A model generated the notes under the pieces. It had not been told where the DNA came from. It worked only from the letters and a program-made list of their open reading frames with translations, and did no database searches. A program made the translations under genes and the position numbers. From UHGV virus genome UHGV-1558314: DNA of 64,000 nt; one strand, given 5' to 3'. Shown here in pieces: positions 38,377 through 48,437 of the stretch (position 1 is its first letter; every line of letters starts with the position of its first letter). This DNA comes from a virus.

Positions 38377-38497
38377 CATTACATCATACAACATAAGTTT
38401 CATTTCAAAAACTCAATTCATATGCAAATCCCTCGTAACTGGGGGAGGGGCACAACAAGCCCTCCAAAGCAAGTCAAAGATTCTTGCAAAAGTTGAC

Positions 38498-38773
38498 GTG
38501 TATTTAATGCCAAGCGCAAACATTGACACGCTTATCAAACAAGGCTTTAAGTACATTGTGTATCGCAACACTAATACAATGTCAGCGTATCAATACACGA
38601 ATAGAATGTTTGCTGATTCGTCAACAATGGCAATGCTAACATTGACAGACGTTGAAATTGGCGACATGCATTCGTTTGGCTTGCATAACACAACAAATAA
38701 TACAACAAAGCCTATGCAAATGCGTCAAGTAACAATTACACCAACCTCCACTGTTGTAACTGTGCAATGGTGA
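38498..38773 (+). CDS. Hypothetical small protein (91 aa)
   Basis: ORF track; followed by hairpin terminator. Confidence 0.4.
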   Translation: MYLMPSANIDTLIKQGFKYIVYRNTNTMSAYQYTNRMFADSSTMAMLTLTDVEIGDMHSFGLHNTTNNTTKPMQMRQVTITPTSTVVTVQW

Positions 38774-38794
38774 GCGCTCATTAGCATATGCATC

Positions 38795-38829
38795 AAAAAA
38801 ACTCCGACAGAATTGTTCTGTCGGAGTTT
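38795..38829 (+). terminator. Hairpin terminator ending the plus-strand island
   Basis: aaactccgacag aattgtt ctgtcggagttt. Confidence 0.6.
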
Positions 38830-39111
38830 GCTGTTGTTATAAACAGTTATCTTAACAACACTGTTATCTCAAAATGTTTTGCAATCTACTGCATGATTCA
38901 ATTTTGTGTGGCACTGTCATCAGATGTTGCAAAGTCAACTTCACCAGTAGACTTTACTGCAGACTTAAATGCATTCAAGCCGCATGTAACAATGCAGATA
39001 ACTACAATTTTTAATGCCAAACAGCTTATAAACTGTTACGACACCATTGTCAATCTTGCGGTTATACGTAATTATTTTCTTAAAAAGTGCATGCTTCGTT
39101 TTCATATGTCA

Positions 39112-40908
39112 TTAGCTTTGTGATGTTTTGGCAGGTTCATCATCAATAGGCTCATCATCAACTGACTCATCATCACCTGTATCAATGCCAGAAGCCGCAG
39201 CAAGTGAAACATCATTAGCGACGCCTTGCTGTTCAAGTTGTTGTTGAGCTTGTTTTGTTTGAATTGCGACAAGTCTTGCAGCTTCCATTGCAAGCTTAAG
39301 ATTCTCTTGAAGTTCGATATCAAGCTGTTCAGCATTAGCTTGCATGTCTTCTTTGCTTAAGCCAAGGTACTTGTTGATAAGCCAATTGCTCGAGAAGAAC
39401 GGGCGTTCAGTGTCAGACATGTTAAGTGAACGAACAAGTGAACTGCGAATATCTTCGATTGTATGTATACGCTTCTGAAGCAATGTGAGCTCCATTTGCG
39501 TTTGGAAGTGATTGTATCGATTGAACTTAAGTTTTAGTGCATTCAACACATCATTGTCACCAATGTAGTTATTGTTTTTGATGCACATCAAAACATACAC
39601 AGGCTTCAATATGATTGCAACGCCAAATCTACGCATCAAAGCTGAAATGAAGATAGCAAAGCGCCGCTCATCACGTTGAATTGACTCTTCAGAAACATTC
39701 CACATGCCACCGCCGTCATCGAATCTGCTTAGAGGCAGCTTTGACAAGCGTTGCAAGTTATTGCGGAAATATGTGACTGCTGAAGTGTCAGATAAGTCAG
39801 GCATGCCTGTGCCAATTGTTTGAATGTTGGGTTTGCCTGCATTAGTATCAGCCAGCCAAAATTCGCTATTGAAGGGCACAGATGCTTCACCGTTAACTTG
39901 GAGTTCGCCGGTTTGATTGTCGAATTCAATTTTTTCGTGGTACTTATTCATTGCTTTACGCAATGTTTCCTGTGCAGCAGCTTTCAGTTTACCGCCAGTA
40001 GGAATTGTGATAAGTGAACGAAAACGAGCAGCTGTCGTAGCATATGCAATGCGGCTTCGCTCCAAAATTCTAAGTAAGTTAAACGCACGAACAAGACGCT
40101 CAAAGTATGACATAGACCCAACCATGTCATCATTCCACTGCAAATATGCTACTTGCGAATCAAGCAAGTTGATTTTTTCTGAATTATTAGACACAAATGC
40201 TGGTGCTTTAACATCAAACATTGTATGTGTCTTAAACATATCTTGTTGAGACTTATCATACTGCCAGAAGAACATGTCGCCCTTCTTCATAGGTGTCAAT
40301 GCAAACGCGTTCAACTTTCTGATGCCAACAACATCAGTTGGCTCATCTGCATTATCAAACACAATCTCATAGCCAAGTCTACCTCGTACAAGATATTCAC
40401 GCAACAATGCTTTGACATCTTGTTTACGAGGTTCTGAGTTCAACCCATTGAATGCATACATCAAATAGACTTGCTTGAATGCATCCATAAAGTCATCTTT
40501 GATTGTCTGCTTTGTTGCGTCATCTATCTCAAGTTTATCGATGTCGCAAAAATCAGGCTCGCAAAAGAAATTGCTATCAGAATTGAACACGATGCACTCA
40601 TCAATCATGCGGTCAAGAATGTCATCGAGTTCCGGTTCTGCACTTAAGATGTCATATTTTTTGGCTCGAAGATAACTTGTCAATCCAAAAAGATTCTTTT
40701 TAGGTGACTCTTTCTGATTGAACACGTCATCAGTAGACAACACAACAACTTCTTGGTCATTGATGTTATGCTCACCTGTATATGCTGCTTTCTCCAAATC
40801 TGCATCAGACCCAGACTTGTGCACGTTCAATTGCTGCAATGGGCTGTCTTTTGGAATTGAGCGCAATGCATCAGTCCCCAGATATGTTCGTTTGGTCTTT
40901 TTAGCCAT
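39112..40908 (-). CDS. Hypothetical protein (598 aa) with acidic C-terminus; possible portal protein
   Basis: Size and acidic C-terminal tail DDESVDDEPIDDEP; no Walker A, so not terminase; function tentative. Confidence 0.65.
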   Translation of the reverse strand: MAKKTKRTYLGTDALRSIPKDSPLQQLNVHKSGSDADLEKAAYTGEHNINDQEVVVLSTDDVFNQKESPKKNLFGLTSYLRAKKYDILSAEPELDDILDRMIDECIVFNSDSNFFCEPDFCDIDKLEIDDATKQTIKDDFMDAFKQVYLMYAFNGLNSEPRKQDVKALLREYLVRGRLGYEIVFDNADEPTDVVGIRKLNAFALTPMKKGDMFFWQYDKSQQDMFKTHTMFDVKAPAFVSNNSEKINLLDSQVAYLQWNDDMVGSMSYFERLVRAFNLLRILERSRIAYATTAARFRSLITIPTGGKLKAAAQETLRKAMNKYHEKIEFDNQTGELQVNGEASVPFNSEFWLADTNAGKPNIQTIGTGMPDLSDTSAVTYFRNNLQRLSKLPLSRFDDGGGMWNVSEESIQRDERRFAIFISALMRRFGVAIILKPVYVLMCIKNNNYIGDNDVLNALKLKFNRYNHFQTQMELTLLQKRIHTIEDIRSSLVRSLNMSDTERPFFSSNWLINKYLGLSKEDMQANAEQLDIELQENLKLAMEAARLVAIQTKQAQQQLEQQGVANDVSLAAASGIDTGDDESVDDEPIDDEPAKTSQS

Positions 40909-41053
40909 TTTTGTATTGCTTTGAATATCTATACACGTCTTGTCAATTTGACATGACCGCAGTCATCTGCAATTATTTAGTAGTGTGTATATGCGTAATT
41001 TGCGTTGCAATTTGTAGTCAAATCACGAACTTCATATGTTGTAGCAGACTCAT

Positions 41054-42172
41054 TCATAGTAATGATGCTTGTAAAATGTCTATAATGTGCTCATCAGTTT
41101 CACATAAATCTGTATCACTTATTATGCAATATGCAGACAATTCAGTAGATGCATTAACATATGCAGTCATTGCAGCAGCTTTTGCTATGACTATATCATC
41201 ATGCAGCCATTTAGCAGGCTTTATTTCAACAACAATTTGCGCGTTATTAAAATGCACAACAAAATCCGCGATATATACATGTGTAGCACTATTGAACACA
41301 TACTTACACCTTGCAGTTTCTATTGAATAGTGTAACTTATTGCGTTCACAAAAGTGTATAAATTTGCGTTCATTGTTTGAACGAAACGACGCTTTAGCTG
41401 ATAAACAGTATTTTGCAGTTTGAACATAGCCTCTCATGCAGTTCATAAATGGCTGCAATGACATTATGTCTCGACCATTTAACAATGCTCTATGCTGTGC
41501 TTCTGCACGTCTACGTTTAACTTCTGGTTTAGCATCTGTAATTTTGCGAGTAGCACGTATACGTTCTTTAACACCAGGTCGAGCCATGATTGCTTTTGCA
41601 GAAGCACTTCGATGCGCATGTGTTTCAGGCCTTGCGTTAGCAATTAGCATCCCATGCAATTGAGTGTCTTTAACTTCTTGACGCTGCATTGCTATTCGAG
41701 TGCTCTGTGAAATCTTTTGCCTAACTGCAGGATTTGACATTGCACGTTTTGCGCGTTCTGACGCCTTTACACGTAGTTCTGTATTATTTGCATACATGGC
41801 ACGTTGAGTATTACTAATTTTGGTGCCAATGCGTTGTTTATATTCTGCATCTGCAAAGTATTTTGCATTTCTGCATGCATGACTGCAAACATCGCCGTCA
41901 CCATAGCCACGTGTTACACACCACCATGTTAATTGCTTGCCACATATAGAACATGTTGGGATATCTGAGTCATCTTTAATTTCACATAGATATTTGTCAT
42001 ACCATTGCTTCAATGAATAGCCTACAATAGGTTCAGCCTTTCTACTAAAATACGTGCTAAATATCCATGTATCAAGTTCAGGCACGTATAACTGAAACTT
42101 TGTACGTGTTATTTGCTTAACAAATTTGTCCCAATTCTTAGCGGCATTGCGCTTAGCGTCTTCAGCAGTCAT
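41054..42172 (-). CDS. Zinc-finger / tandem-repeat DNA-binding protein with C-terminal PD-(D/E)xK nuclease domain (homing-endonuclease-like)
   Basis: CSICGK...CSHAC; four to five about 17-aa repeats (KISNTQRAM, KASERAKRAM, KISQSTRIAM, SASAKAIMA); YIADFVV...QIVVEIKP. Confidence 0.7.
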   Translation of the reverse strand: MTAEDAKRNAAKNWDKFVKQITRTKFQLYVPELDTWIFSTYFSRKAEPIVGYSLKQWYDKYLCEIKDDSDIPTCSICGKQLTWWCVTRGYGDGDVCSHACRNAKYFADAEYKQRIGTKISNTQRAMYANNTELRVKASERAKRAMSNPAVRQKISQSTRIAMQRQEVKDTQLHGMLIANARPETHAHRSASAKAIMARPGVKERIRATRKITDAKPEVKRRRAEAQHRALLNGRDIMSLQPFMNCMRGYVQTAKYCLSAKASFRSNNERKFIHFCERNKLHYSIETARCKYVFNSATHVYIADFVVHFNNAQIVVEIKPAKWLHDDIVIAKAAAMTAYVNASTELSAYCIISDTDLCETDEHIIDILQASLL

Positions 42173-42179
42173 TAGAGCA

Positions 42180-42926
42180 TCAAATCATTCTGTTATCACT
42201 AACTGCAAAGTTGATATTGTTGTCTTTCAGATATTGCATGTACATTGCAAATACTTGTTCTGCTGTCATTTTGTTGTACTTTGATGATGGTATGAAAATT
42301 GCTTTCGACCAGTTCTCATAAGTTATTTCAATCAAACCTGTAATGCGTTCTGGAATGTATTCACGAAATGCAAACGCGCCGCCATATGGCTGTACAATTG
42401 GCGCGATTTTGTGCCAATCAACAAACACAGGTGTTTGTTCTGTTCTATAAAGCTCGCCTTTATATTTTGATGCAAATGCTCTAAAAATTGCTTCTGCAAT
42501 CACAAAGCGAACTTCAAGTGGCACAAAGTGTAAGCTTAAGCCAACAGAACGCCATTCACCAGATTGTGTGTAAAAGCCGCCCATACAAAAACATAGGGGC
42601 GTTTCGTCCCACACTGCAAGCCAATCTTTTGTTTTAGGGTCACTGTATACAAACATATACAGCTTCCCAGGCTCCATGTACTTTCTGCGAATCTGCACAT
42701 CAGGATTCGTAGCATATGATTTGAACCATGCAGCAGCTTCTCTACCACCGTTTGGCATTTTGTACCACGGATTGCTTCGAATTTCTTTGCCAAGGTCATA
42801 TTGACCAGACTTTACCAAACGATTGAATAATCGTTGTGCTGCAGTCAATATTGAACGTCCTACTGACTTCGCTTTGTCAATAAAAGACGTTTTTGCTTGT
42901 GTATCTAATGAATTAAACTTTGCCAT
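42180..42926 (-). CDS. Hypothetical protein (248 aa)
   Basis: ORF track; no motif. Confidence 0.65.
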   Translation of the reverse strand: MAKFNSLDTQAKTSFIDKAKSVGRSILTAAQRLFNRLVKSGQYDLGKEIRSNPWYKMPNGGREAAAWFKSYATNPDVQIRRKYMEPGKLYMFVYSDPKTKDWLAVWDETPLCFCMGGFYTQSGEWRSVGLSLHFVPLEVRFVIAEAIFRAFASKYKGELYRTEQTPVFVDWHKIAPIVQPYGGAFAFREYIPERITGLIEITYENWSKAIFIPSSKYNKMTAEQVFAMYMQYLKDNNINFAVSDNRMI

Positions 42927-43073
42927 ATCATCATCGTTTCGGCTTTGTGACTACGTGCCAAGCATTGCATTCTTGACACCACACAGCTCTCTTTGTTTGT
43001 TTAGCATTTAGCACTGCTTGCTTAGCTACTTCTGCATTTGCAGCAATCTTATCATAGCATTTCTTTGTGCAAC

Positions 43074-43523
43074 TCATTTGAAGAATCGTTCAGTTATGAT
43101 TTTGAACTTAACATTTTGTTGTTTGCAATATGCAATTGCGGCATTCCACTTTGCGACATTTTTGCAATATGTTTCTTTCGCATAATTTGACGCAGACCGA
43201 CTTGGGCATTGCGTTTCATGCCATGGTTTCACCTCAACGACATATGTAGAATCTGCGGTTTTGAACAAAAAGTCGGGCCAATATGTGTGCGTTACGCCAT
43301 CAAGCTCATATGCAATTGGCAGTGTCTCAGATGACCAAGCAAGAACCTTTGAACTCATATCGCAAAGCTTGCAAAATCTGAATTCAAGTGAACTGCGGTA
43401 TATGATTGTCTTGTCTGTCGCGTCTTTGCCTTTGTACTTATCTGGGTTCATGCATCTGTAGTAGCCTTGCTTGTAGGGCCCTGATTTGTTTGGCTTAAGT
43501 TGCTTAATGTTCATTGCAGTCAC
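43074..43523 (-). CDS. PD-(D/E)xK-family nuclease (149 aa)
   Basis: YWPDFLF ... YVVEVKP (PD ... ExK) core. Confidence 0.7.
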   Translation of the reverse strand: MTAMNIKQLKPNKSGPYKQGYYRCMNPDKYKGKDATDKTIIYRSSLEFRFCKLCDMSSKVLAWSSETLPIAYELDGVTHTYWPDFLFKTADSTYVVEVKPWHETQCPSRSASNYAKETYCKNVAKWNAAIAYCKQQNVKFKIITERFFK

Positions 43524-43765
43524 TCATTGTCAGGTTTGACGTCTTTGCAGCCAAACTTATGCACAGCGTATTCAAGACCAAGTTGTTGCAATTCTGCAAA
43601 TGTCTTATCTTGCACATATTCTTTTGGAAATCTGCCATGCCATTTACCTATCATAGGCGCACATTCTGAACACATTCGAGGCATATTCTGTAAACGTGCA
43701 GACCAATAATAGCCAAGCGCAGTGTTTTCAATTGCGCCACACTTTTCACATACAAATAAAGGCAT
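43520..43765 (-). CDS. Small zinc-ribbon protein
   Basis: CEKCG ... CSECAP; ATG at 43763-43765 just downstream of upstream gene stop. Confidence 0.5.
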   Translation of the reverse strand: MPLFVCEKCGAIENTALGYYWSARLQNMPRMCSECAPMIGKWHGRFPKEYVQDKTFAELQQLGLEYAVHKFGCKDVKPDNE

Positions 43766-43769
43766 AATA

Positions 43770-45149
43770 TTAGCTATTAACTTCCCACATATTGTCAATA
43801 TCAAGTACAGGCCACATTCTACGTTGAAGCTCAACTGTTTGTGACAGTTTGCCTGACTTTGTGTAGTTCCATTTCAATGCAGTGCTTATGTATTTGCCGC
43901 TCAATCGCAAATTCTTTGCATTTTGAGATACACTTGGCTGTCGCTTTGGCGAATCTGTAGCCTTTTCATCAGGTTTTGTTGGCTCTTCAAGCTTGTTCTT
44001 GATTGACCATATCTCAACGTTTAGTGTTTTGAATGCATATAGCTGGTTCAGTGTTCGTTGTAATGTGCATGACAAAATTACTCTATCAAGCATGCCTTGA
44101 GACCAATCATACATTGCAGCAGCTTCATAAAAATGCTCATGCACATTTGAGTGGTCTGGGTCTCGTTTAGCAAGTTGAATTGCAGTTTGCTCTGTATAAT
44201 CTGCAAAAGTGTCCCAAATCTTATCTGTAGATTCTTGTTTGATGACAGGCTGAGACGTCTGCACATTTATGCTTTGTTCACCCAAATTATGCTGCATTGA
44301 CACAACATTGACTGCCGATGGCCTACGCATAGACGCTGAATTGTATGTCATGCCATATTTTGTGAATCTTGACATCCAATTTTCACCATTGACATTGTTA
44401 TTCAAGATGAGCTTTTGCGGCTTTGGCAATTCTTTGCCATCAATGTTGTCAATTGTTATTGTGTCATCAAGCGGAGTCTCTTCCATTTCTGCAAACACAT
44501 CAACAATCGTCAAACGATACCAAGGGTCAATGAATGCTTTGACAACTTTGTTTTTGCCAAGCCACATATGTCGTAATACATGACGCCTAATGAAGCTTAG
44601 ATATGTTTCATTGCATTGCAGCCATGTCATTTTGTCATCTGTGCCATCGATATTTGTGACAAGGCCAAGACCTGTATCTTCGCAAATCTTCTTGATGACA
44701 TCAATGCTTGTCATGTCATCAAATGATTGAACCATTGTTTGCTTCAATGCATCATCAACAAACAAATGCGCAGAAATTCGAATGTTGCCATTGTCTTGTT
44801 CTGCATTATCAATCAAAAAGTCAGCTTTGATGACCTTGAATTCTGTGTCAGCAGTATTGCCAATGTAAAGTGTTGCAATGTCGTGTACAAGTGGAAAGTC
44901 ATTGAACATAAAGTTTGCATTGTCATTAAATGACAACTCAAATTGTGGCAAAAAGTCCTTGCCATATGACAGCTCAAAGTACTGAATTGACCCAAAGGGC
45001 ACATTCGTGTTGCACACATACACAAGTGGCACAAGTTTACCTGCAGACTTCAGCACAGATTTTGTCGAGTCTTCATTGACAGGGTCATAATTGACCATTA
45101 TGTCTCGCACTTCATCAATCAAAGTGCCCTTCAGAACTTCTTTGAGCAT
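43770..45149 (-). CDS. Hypothetical protein (459 aa), possibly structural
   Basis: ORF track; no motif. Confidence 0.7.
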   Translation of the reverse strand: MLKEVLKGTLIDEVRDIMVNYDPVNEDSTKSVLKSAGKLVPLVYVCNTNVPFGSIQYFELSYGKDFLPQFELSFNDNANFMFNDFPLVHDIATLYIGNTADTEFKVIKADFLIDNAEQDNGNIRISAHLFVDDALKQTMVQSFDDMTSIDVIKKICEDTGLGLVTNIDGTDDKMTWLQCNETYLSFIRRHVLRHMWLGKNKVVKAFIDPWYRLTIVDVFAEMEETPLDDTITIDNIDGKELPKPQKLILNNNVNGENWMSRFTKYGMTYNSASMRRPSAVNVVSMQHNLGEQSINVQTSQPVIKQESTDKIWDTFADYTEQTAIQLAKRDPDHSNVHEHFYEAAAMYDWSQGMLDRVILSCTLQRTLNQLYAFKTLNVEIWSIKNKLEEPTKPDEKATDSPKRQPSVSQNAKNLRLSGKYISTALKWNYTKSGKLSQTVELQRRMWPVLDIDNMWEVNS

Positions 45150-45150
45150 A

Positions 45151-45639
45151 TCAAAAGATGATTTTGCCTGCTTGCTGATTGATAATTACATGTGATGTGC
45201 TTCGCCTGTTTGCAACAATTGATGCATTTGACGCTTGTGCTTCAACTTTATCAGTTGTAGTTTTGTTGACTGTTTGCGGAACCGTTTTTGCATCTGCATT
45301 CTGCTTGTATGTCAGCACTGTTATGGCATCATATACAGAAGTCTCAGGCACAAGTAAGATGTCATCAGGCTCAAAATCAAAGGGCGATTTGCGATTATTG
45401 AATGTCATCAATTGCTCAATGCCACGTTTATGCGCATACACATATTCAGATAAGCCAATGGGATTTGCTGCATACACAGGATGCACAAGAGCAACGCCAC
45501 CAACGCCTACTGTGTCAAATTGTCTTGATTGTGTAGCTGTTATGCGTTCATCTGAGTGCAATGTAACATTGTCAAGCAATGGCATTGCAATATCATCATA
45601 ATTATCTGTGACCATTGTTGTGATGATGTTTATGTTCAA
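45151..45639 (-). CDS. Hypothetical protein (about 150-162 aa; start uncertain)
   Basis: ORF track; N-terminus overlaps lipoprotein gene end. Confidence 0.55.
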   Translation of the reverse strand: MNINIITTMVTDNYDDIAMPLLDNVTLHSDERITATQSRQFDTVGVGGVALVHPVYAANPIGLSEYVYAHKRGIEQLMTFNNRKSPFDFEPDDILLVPETSVYDAITVLTYKQNADAKTVPQTVNKTTTDKVEAQASNASIVANRRSTSHVIINQQAGKIIF

Positions 45640-45850
45640 TCAAAATGAGTGTGCCTGCTTGCAATTTGAACAACTCTTGCATAACATGCATTTGCAAACC
45701 ATATTGAGTATGATGTTGTCTGTTTGCTTCAATGTCTTTTGCAAGCCATGCTTCTGATTCAGAACTTGTTGTCAAGTAGCATGACAGCGTCATTGTACTG
45801 CAGCCAATGCAACATAGTACACACATAAATGCAACAATGAGCTTTGCCAT
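45602..45850 (-). CDS. Small putative lipoprotein (82 aa)
   Basis: MAKLIVAFMCVLCCIGCS signal/lipobox-like N-terminus; His-rich C-terminus. Confidence 0.5.
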   Translation of the reverse strand: MAKLIVAFMCVLCCIGCSTMTLSCYLTTSSESEAWLAKDIEANRQHHTQYGLQMHVMQELFKLQAGTLILIEHKHHHNNGHR

Positions 45851-45856
45851 GACAAT

Positions 45857-46480
45857 TTACGCTTTGTTGATTTCAGATGGCATTCTGAACTTGATGTCAT
45901 TGTACACAAATGTCAATGTGAATGTCATCACGTTCTGGTCTACACGAGTTTTGTCATATGTGAGTTCAGAAATTGCAGAAAACACGACATCAATGAAGTC
46001 GATGCCAAACAATGGTTTCTTTGCACCACCATATGTTGCTACAAATCTGCAAGGCTGAAAGTAGATAGTTTCACGTTTATCATTAGCGTACACAAACAGC
46101 GACTCCAAGCAACAAAAATAATTGAGCCCACCATTCGTCAATCTGCATGTCACTTGGATTCGCTTATCAAGTGCTTGATGAATTGTTTTGCTGCCCTTAT
46201 GAAACTGTGTAATCGACTTCTTCATGCCGCTGTCATCAAGAACTTTATTGACATTTTGAGTGACAATGGGCATTGATATGCCCATCAATGACACAGACTG
46301 AATTGAATCATGCAACAAGTCATTGATGTCATAAATGATTTGTGTTGGTTGTTGCACAAACACTTTATTGTATGTCTCAGCAATGTCTTGCGGAATCAAA
46401 TCAATTGGCAAGTCAAAGCGAAACTGGTCAGAACGTGTATCGAGAATGAGCATATTTTTGATAATTTGTTTATGTACCAT
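45857..46480 (-). CDS. Hypothetical protein (207 aa)
   Basis: ORF track; no motif. Confidence 0.65.
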   Translation of the reverse strand: MVHKQIIKNMLILDTRSDQFRFDLPIDLIPQDIAETYNKVFVQQPTQIIYDINDLLHDSIQSVSLMGISMPIVTQNVNKVLDDSGMKKSITQFHKGSKTIHQALDKRIQVTCRLTNGGLNYFCCLESLFVYANDKRETIYFQPCRFVATYGGAKKPLFGIDFIDVVFSAISELTYDKTRVDQNVMTFTLTFVYNDIKFRMPSEINKA

Positions 46481-47736
46481 TAACTGTCATACGACCAGTG
46501 ACCACAGTCATACACTGGCACAAATCCAGTGTCAAGCATTTCTTGCTCATTAAAGTCATCATCAAGCAAGTGTTCACCCGATTTTGTATTAACCCAGTGC
46601 TTCTTAATTGTGCATTCATCAACCGCAAAGGGATTAAGTACATTGTCAGTACAGTCAATGAACGCATCATTCAAATGCGCTTCAATGATATGAAGCACAA
46701 TTTCTTGGTCGTGCCAATCAAATATCATGAGTGGCGTGTAGCCACATGCAATTGCAAGTTGTTGCTTCCACCAATGATAGTTTGGCTATTTTGCTTCTGC
46801 AGCATTTCGTTTAAAGCCATACACGCTATTATGAGTATGCGTCGGGTTAACGTCAATTAGCAGATTGCCATAATACAGGTCATATGACGTTATGCCAACA
46901 CCATGTTCAAACTCAAAATGCACACCAAGATGTTCTTCAATGTATGATTGCCACCATCTGTTTGGCGCAGATATGATTTGCCCATTTGCTTGCATACATT
47001 TATTTGTCATGCAAAACCATGGCACACCGTAACGTTCCATACAGGTTTTTGAAATTGCAGCAAGCCATTCATCTTTGTCTCTATGCGGCCATGCATAACC
47101 ATAACGCAGACGGCATGTTTGTTGAGCTTTAGCAACGATTGGCGCTAAACGTTCACCGTATATTTCACGTTTAGTTGCGATGGCTTTGCGTGGATTAGTC
47201 CATCCAGCATCACCCCATCGCTCAAGCTTCGTTTGCTGAGATTTTTCAACAATCAGTTCAAGATTCTCACCATATTTTTGACGACGAGTTTGCATTGCTG
47301 CAACATAATCTGTAATGCATCTATGGCCATACAAACGTTCTTTTGTCGCACATTGAACATCTACTGGACCTTGTGGATAGCCATAGCGTTCCATATTCGT
47401 TTGACGAATATGTGCTTTATCGCCATATGAACTGCCGTAGCGTGCAACTTTAGTGGCAATTGTTTGCTTGATGTTGCCTGCTTTAGAACCATAACGAGCT
47501 TCTTTAGTTGCTACGCATTTTTGTTTGACTTCTGCTCTGTTCCAATTATGCTCAACGCCATGTTTACGAAGATGGCCAATTTTCATGTTGTACACGTTTT
47601 TGATATGACCATGAGATGTCTTACGTGGTGCATATCGTACAAATGGTGTTTCTGCAAGCAACTTATCTCGTTCAGCTTCAAGCTCTTTAATTCGAGCTTC
47701 AAGAGCTTCACCAGTCAAAGGCTCTACATGTTTCAT
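46480..47736 (-). pseudogene. Homing-endonuclease-like paralog 4 interrupted by a single in-frame TAG (46786-46788)
   Basis: ORFs 46786..47736 and 46480..46728 are in the same frame; intervening codons read *PNYHWWKQQLAIACGYTPLMIFDW and align with intact paralogs. Confidence 0.7.
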
Positions 47737-48233
47737 TCGTGTTTGCCAGTTTGAAATAACGAATCAATTGGGATGTGAATACCAGGTTTGGATTGAATGT
47801 TCCATCCGCGCGCCAAACCATTAAGTACGCAGCTCGTAAGGTAAGAAAACGCGTTTTGAGTTACTGTTGGGTCAAACATTTGCCACTTTGACGCCAAAAT
47901 TAGCATGGCTTCTGCTGCGACATCTGCTTGCAAGTCTTTGTCTCTGTAGTATAAACGTCTCTGCACATGTTTGATAAGCAACTCAAACATGTGTATAAGT
48001 TTATCTGACAGCTGCCCAGATACTTTGCATGCGCATATTTCTGCACAAAGTTCTTTGTTGTTAATGTAATAGTTTGATGGCTGACCACGTTTCTTTGTGT
48101 TTGCTGCTTCTTCACGAAGTTGGTCTTCAAGCTGTGTCAACATGTCATCATCTGACACATATTGAATATGCTTATCTTCTGGCAGTTTAGATTCTATTGG
48201 TTGTAAGTTTTGCAGTGGCATAACAGTGAGCAT
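47733..48233 (-). CDS. Late-transcription sigma factor, T4 gp55-like
   Basis: PSNYYINNKEL matches T4 gp55 N-terminal KYNYVNNKEL; QNAFSYLTSCVLNGLARG region similar; ATG at 48231-48233. Confidence 0.7.
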   Translation of the reverse strand: MLTVMPLQNLQPIESKLPEDKHIQYVSDDDMLTQLEDQLREEAANTKKRGQPSNYYINNKELCAEICACKVSGQLSDKLIHMFELLIKHVQRRLYYRDKDLQADVAAEAMLILASKWQMFDPTVTQNAFSYLTSCVLNGLARGWNIQSKPGIHIPIDSLFQTGKHE

Positions 48234-48249
48234 TAAAATTCCTATATAA

Positions 48250-48360
48250 ATTGTACAACATGCAAAATGTTTTTGCACCATTTTGATACAACATGCATTG
48301 CATATTTGCAATGATGCAAAGTACGATGTACACAACATGCATTGCATATTTGCAATCATA
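48250..48360 (-). repeat. Three tandem promoter-like repeat units (about 35-40 bp each)
   Basis: attgtacaacatgcaaaatgtttttgcacc / gatacaacatgcattgcatatttgcaatg / gtacacaacatgcattgcatatttgcaatc. Confidence 0.55.
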
Positions 48361-48390
48361 AAAAAGCTCAGCCAATTACGGCTGAGCTTT
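48357..48390 (-). terminator. Rho-independent terminator
   Basis: aaaaa agctcagcc aattac ggctgagcttt. Confidence 0.6.
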
Positions 48391-48437
48391 CATTGAGATG
48401 CAACTTTTACGTTGACAGCAAACCTAACTATGTTCGG

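Noticed and set aside
38430-38457. GC-rich hairpin ggaggg...ccctcc as a small RNA
   Set aside because: Short 6-bp stem without a U tract or conserved flanks; insufficient evidence
39112-40908. Possibility that the 598-aa protein is the large terminase
   Set aside because: No Walker A/B ATPase motifs found; acidic C-terminus and size fit a portal better, but even that is tentative
46786-46788. Genome-wide stop-codon reassignment (TAG as sense)
   Set aside because: Only one in-frame TAG was found in a probably dispensable selfish gene; the other long ORFs contain no internal TAG, so a pseudogene is more likely than recoding
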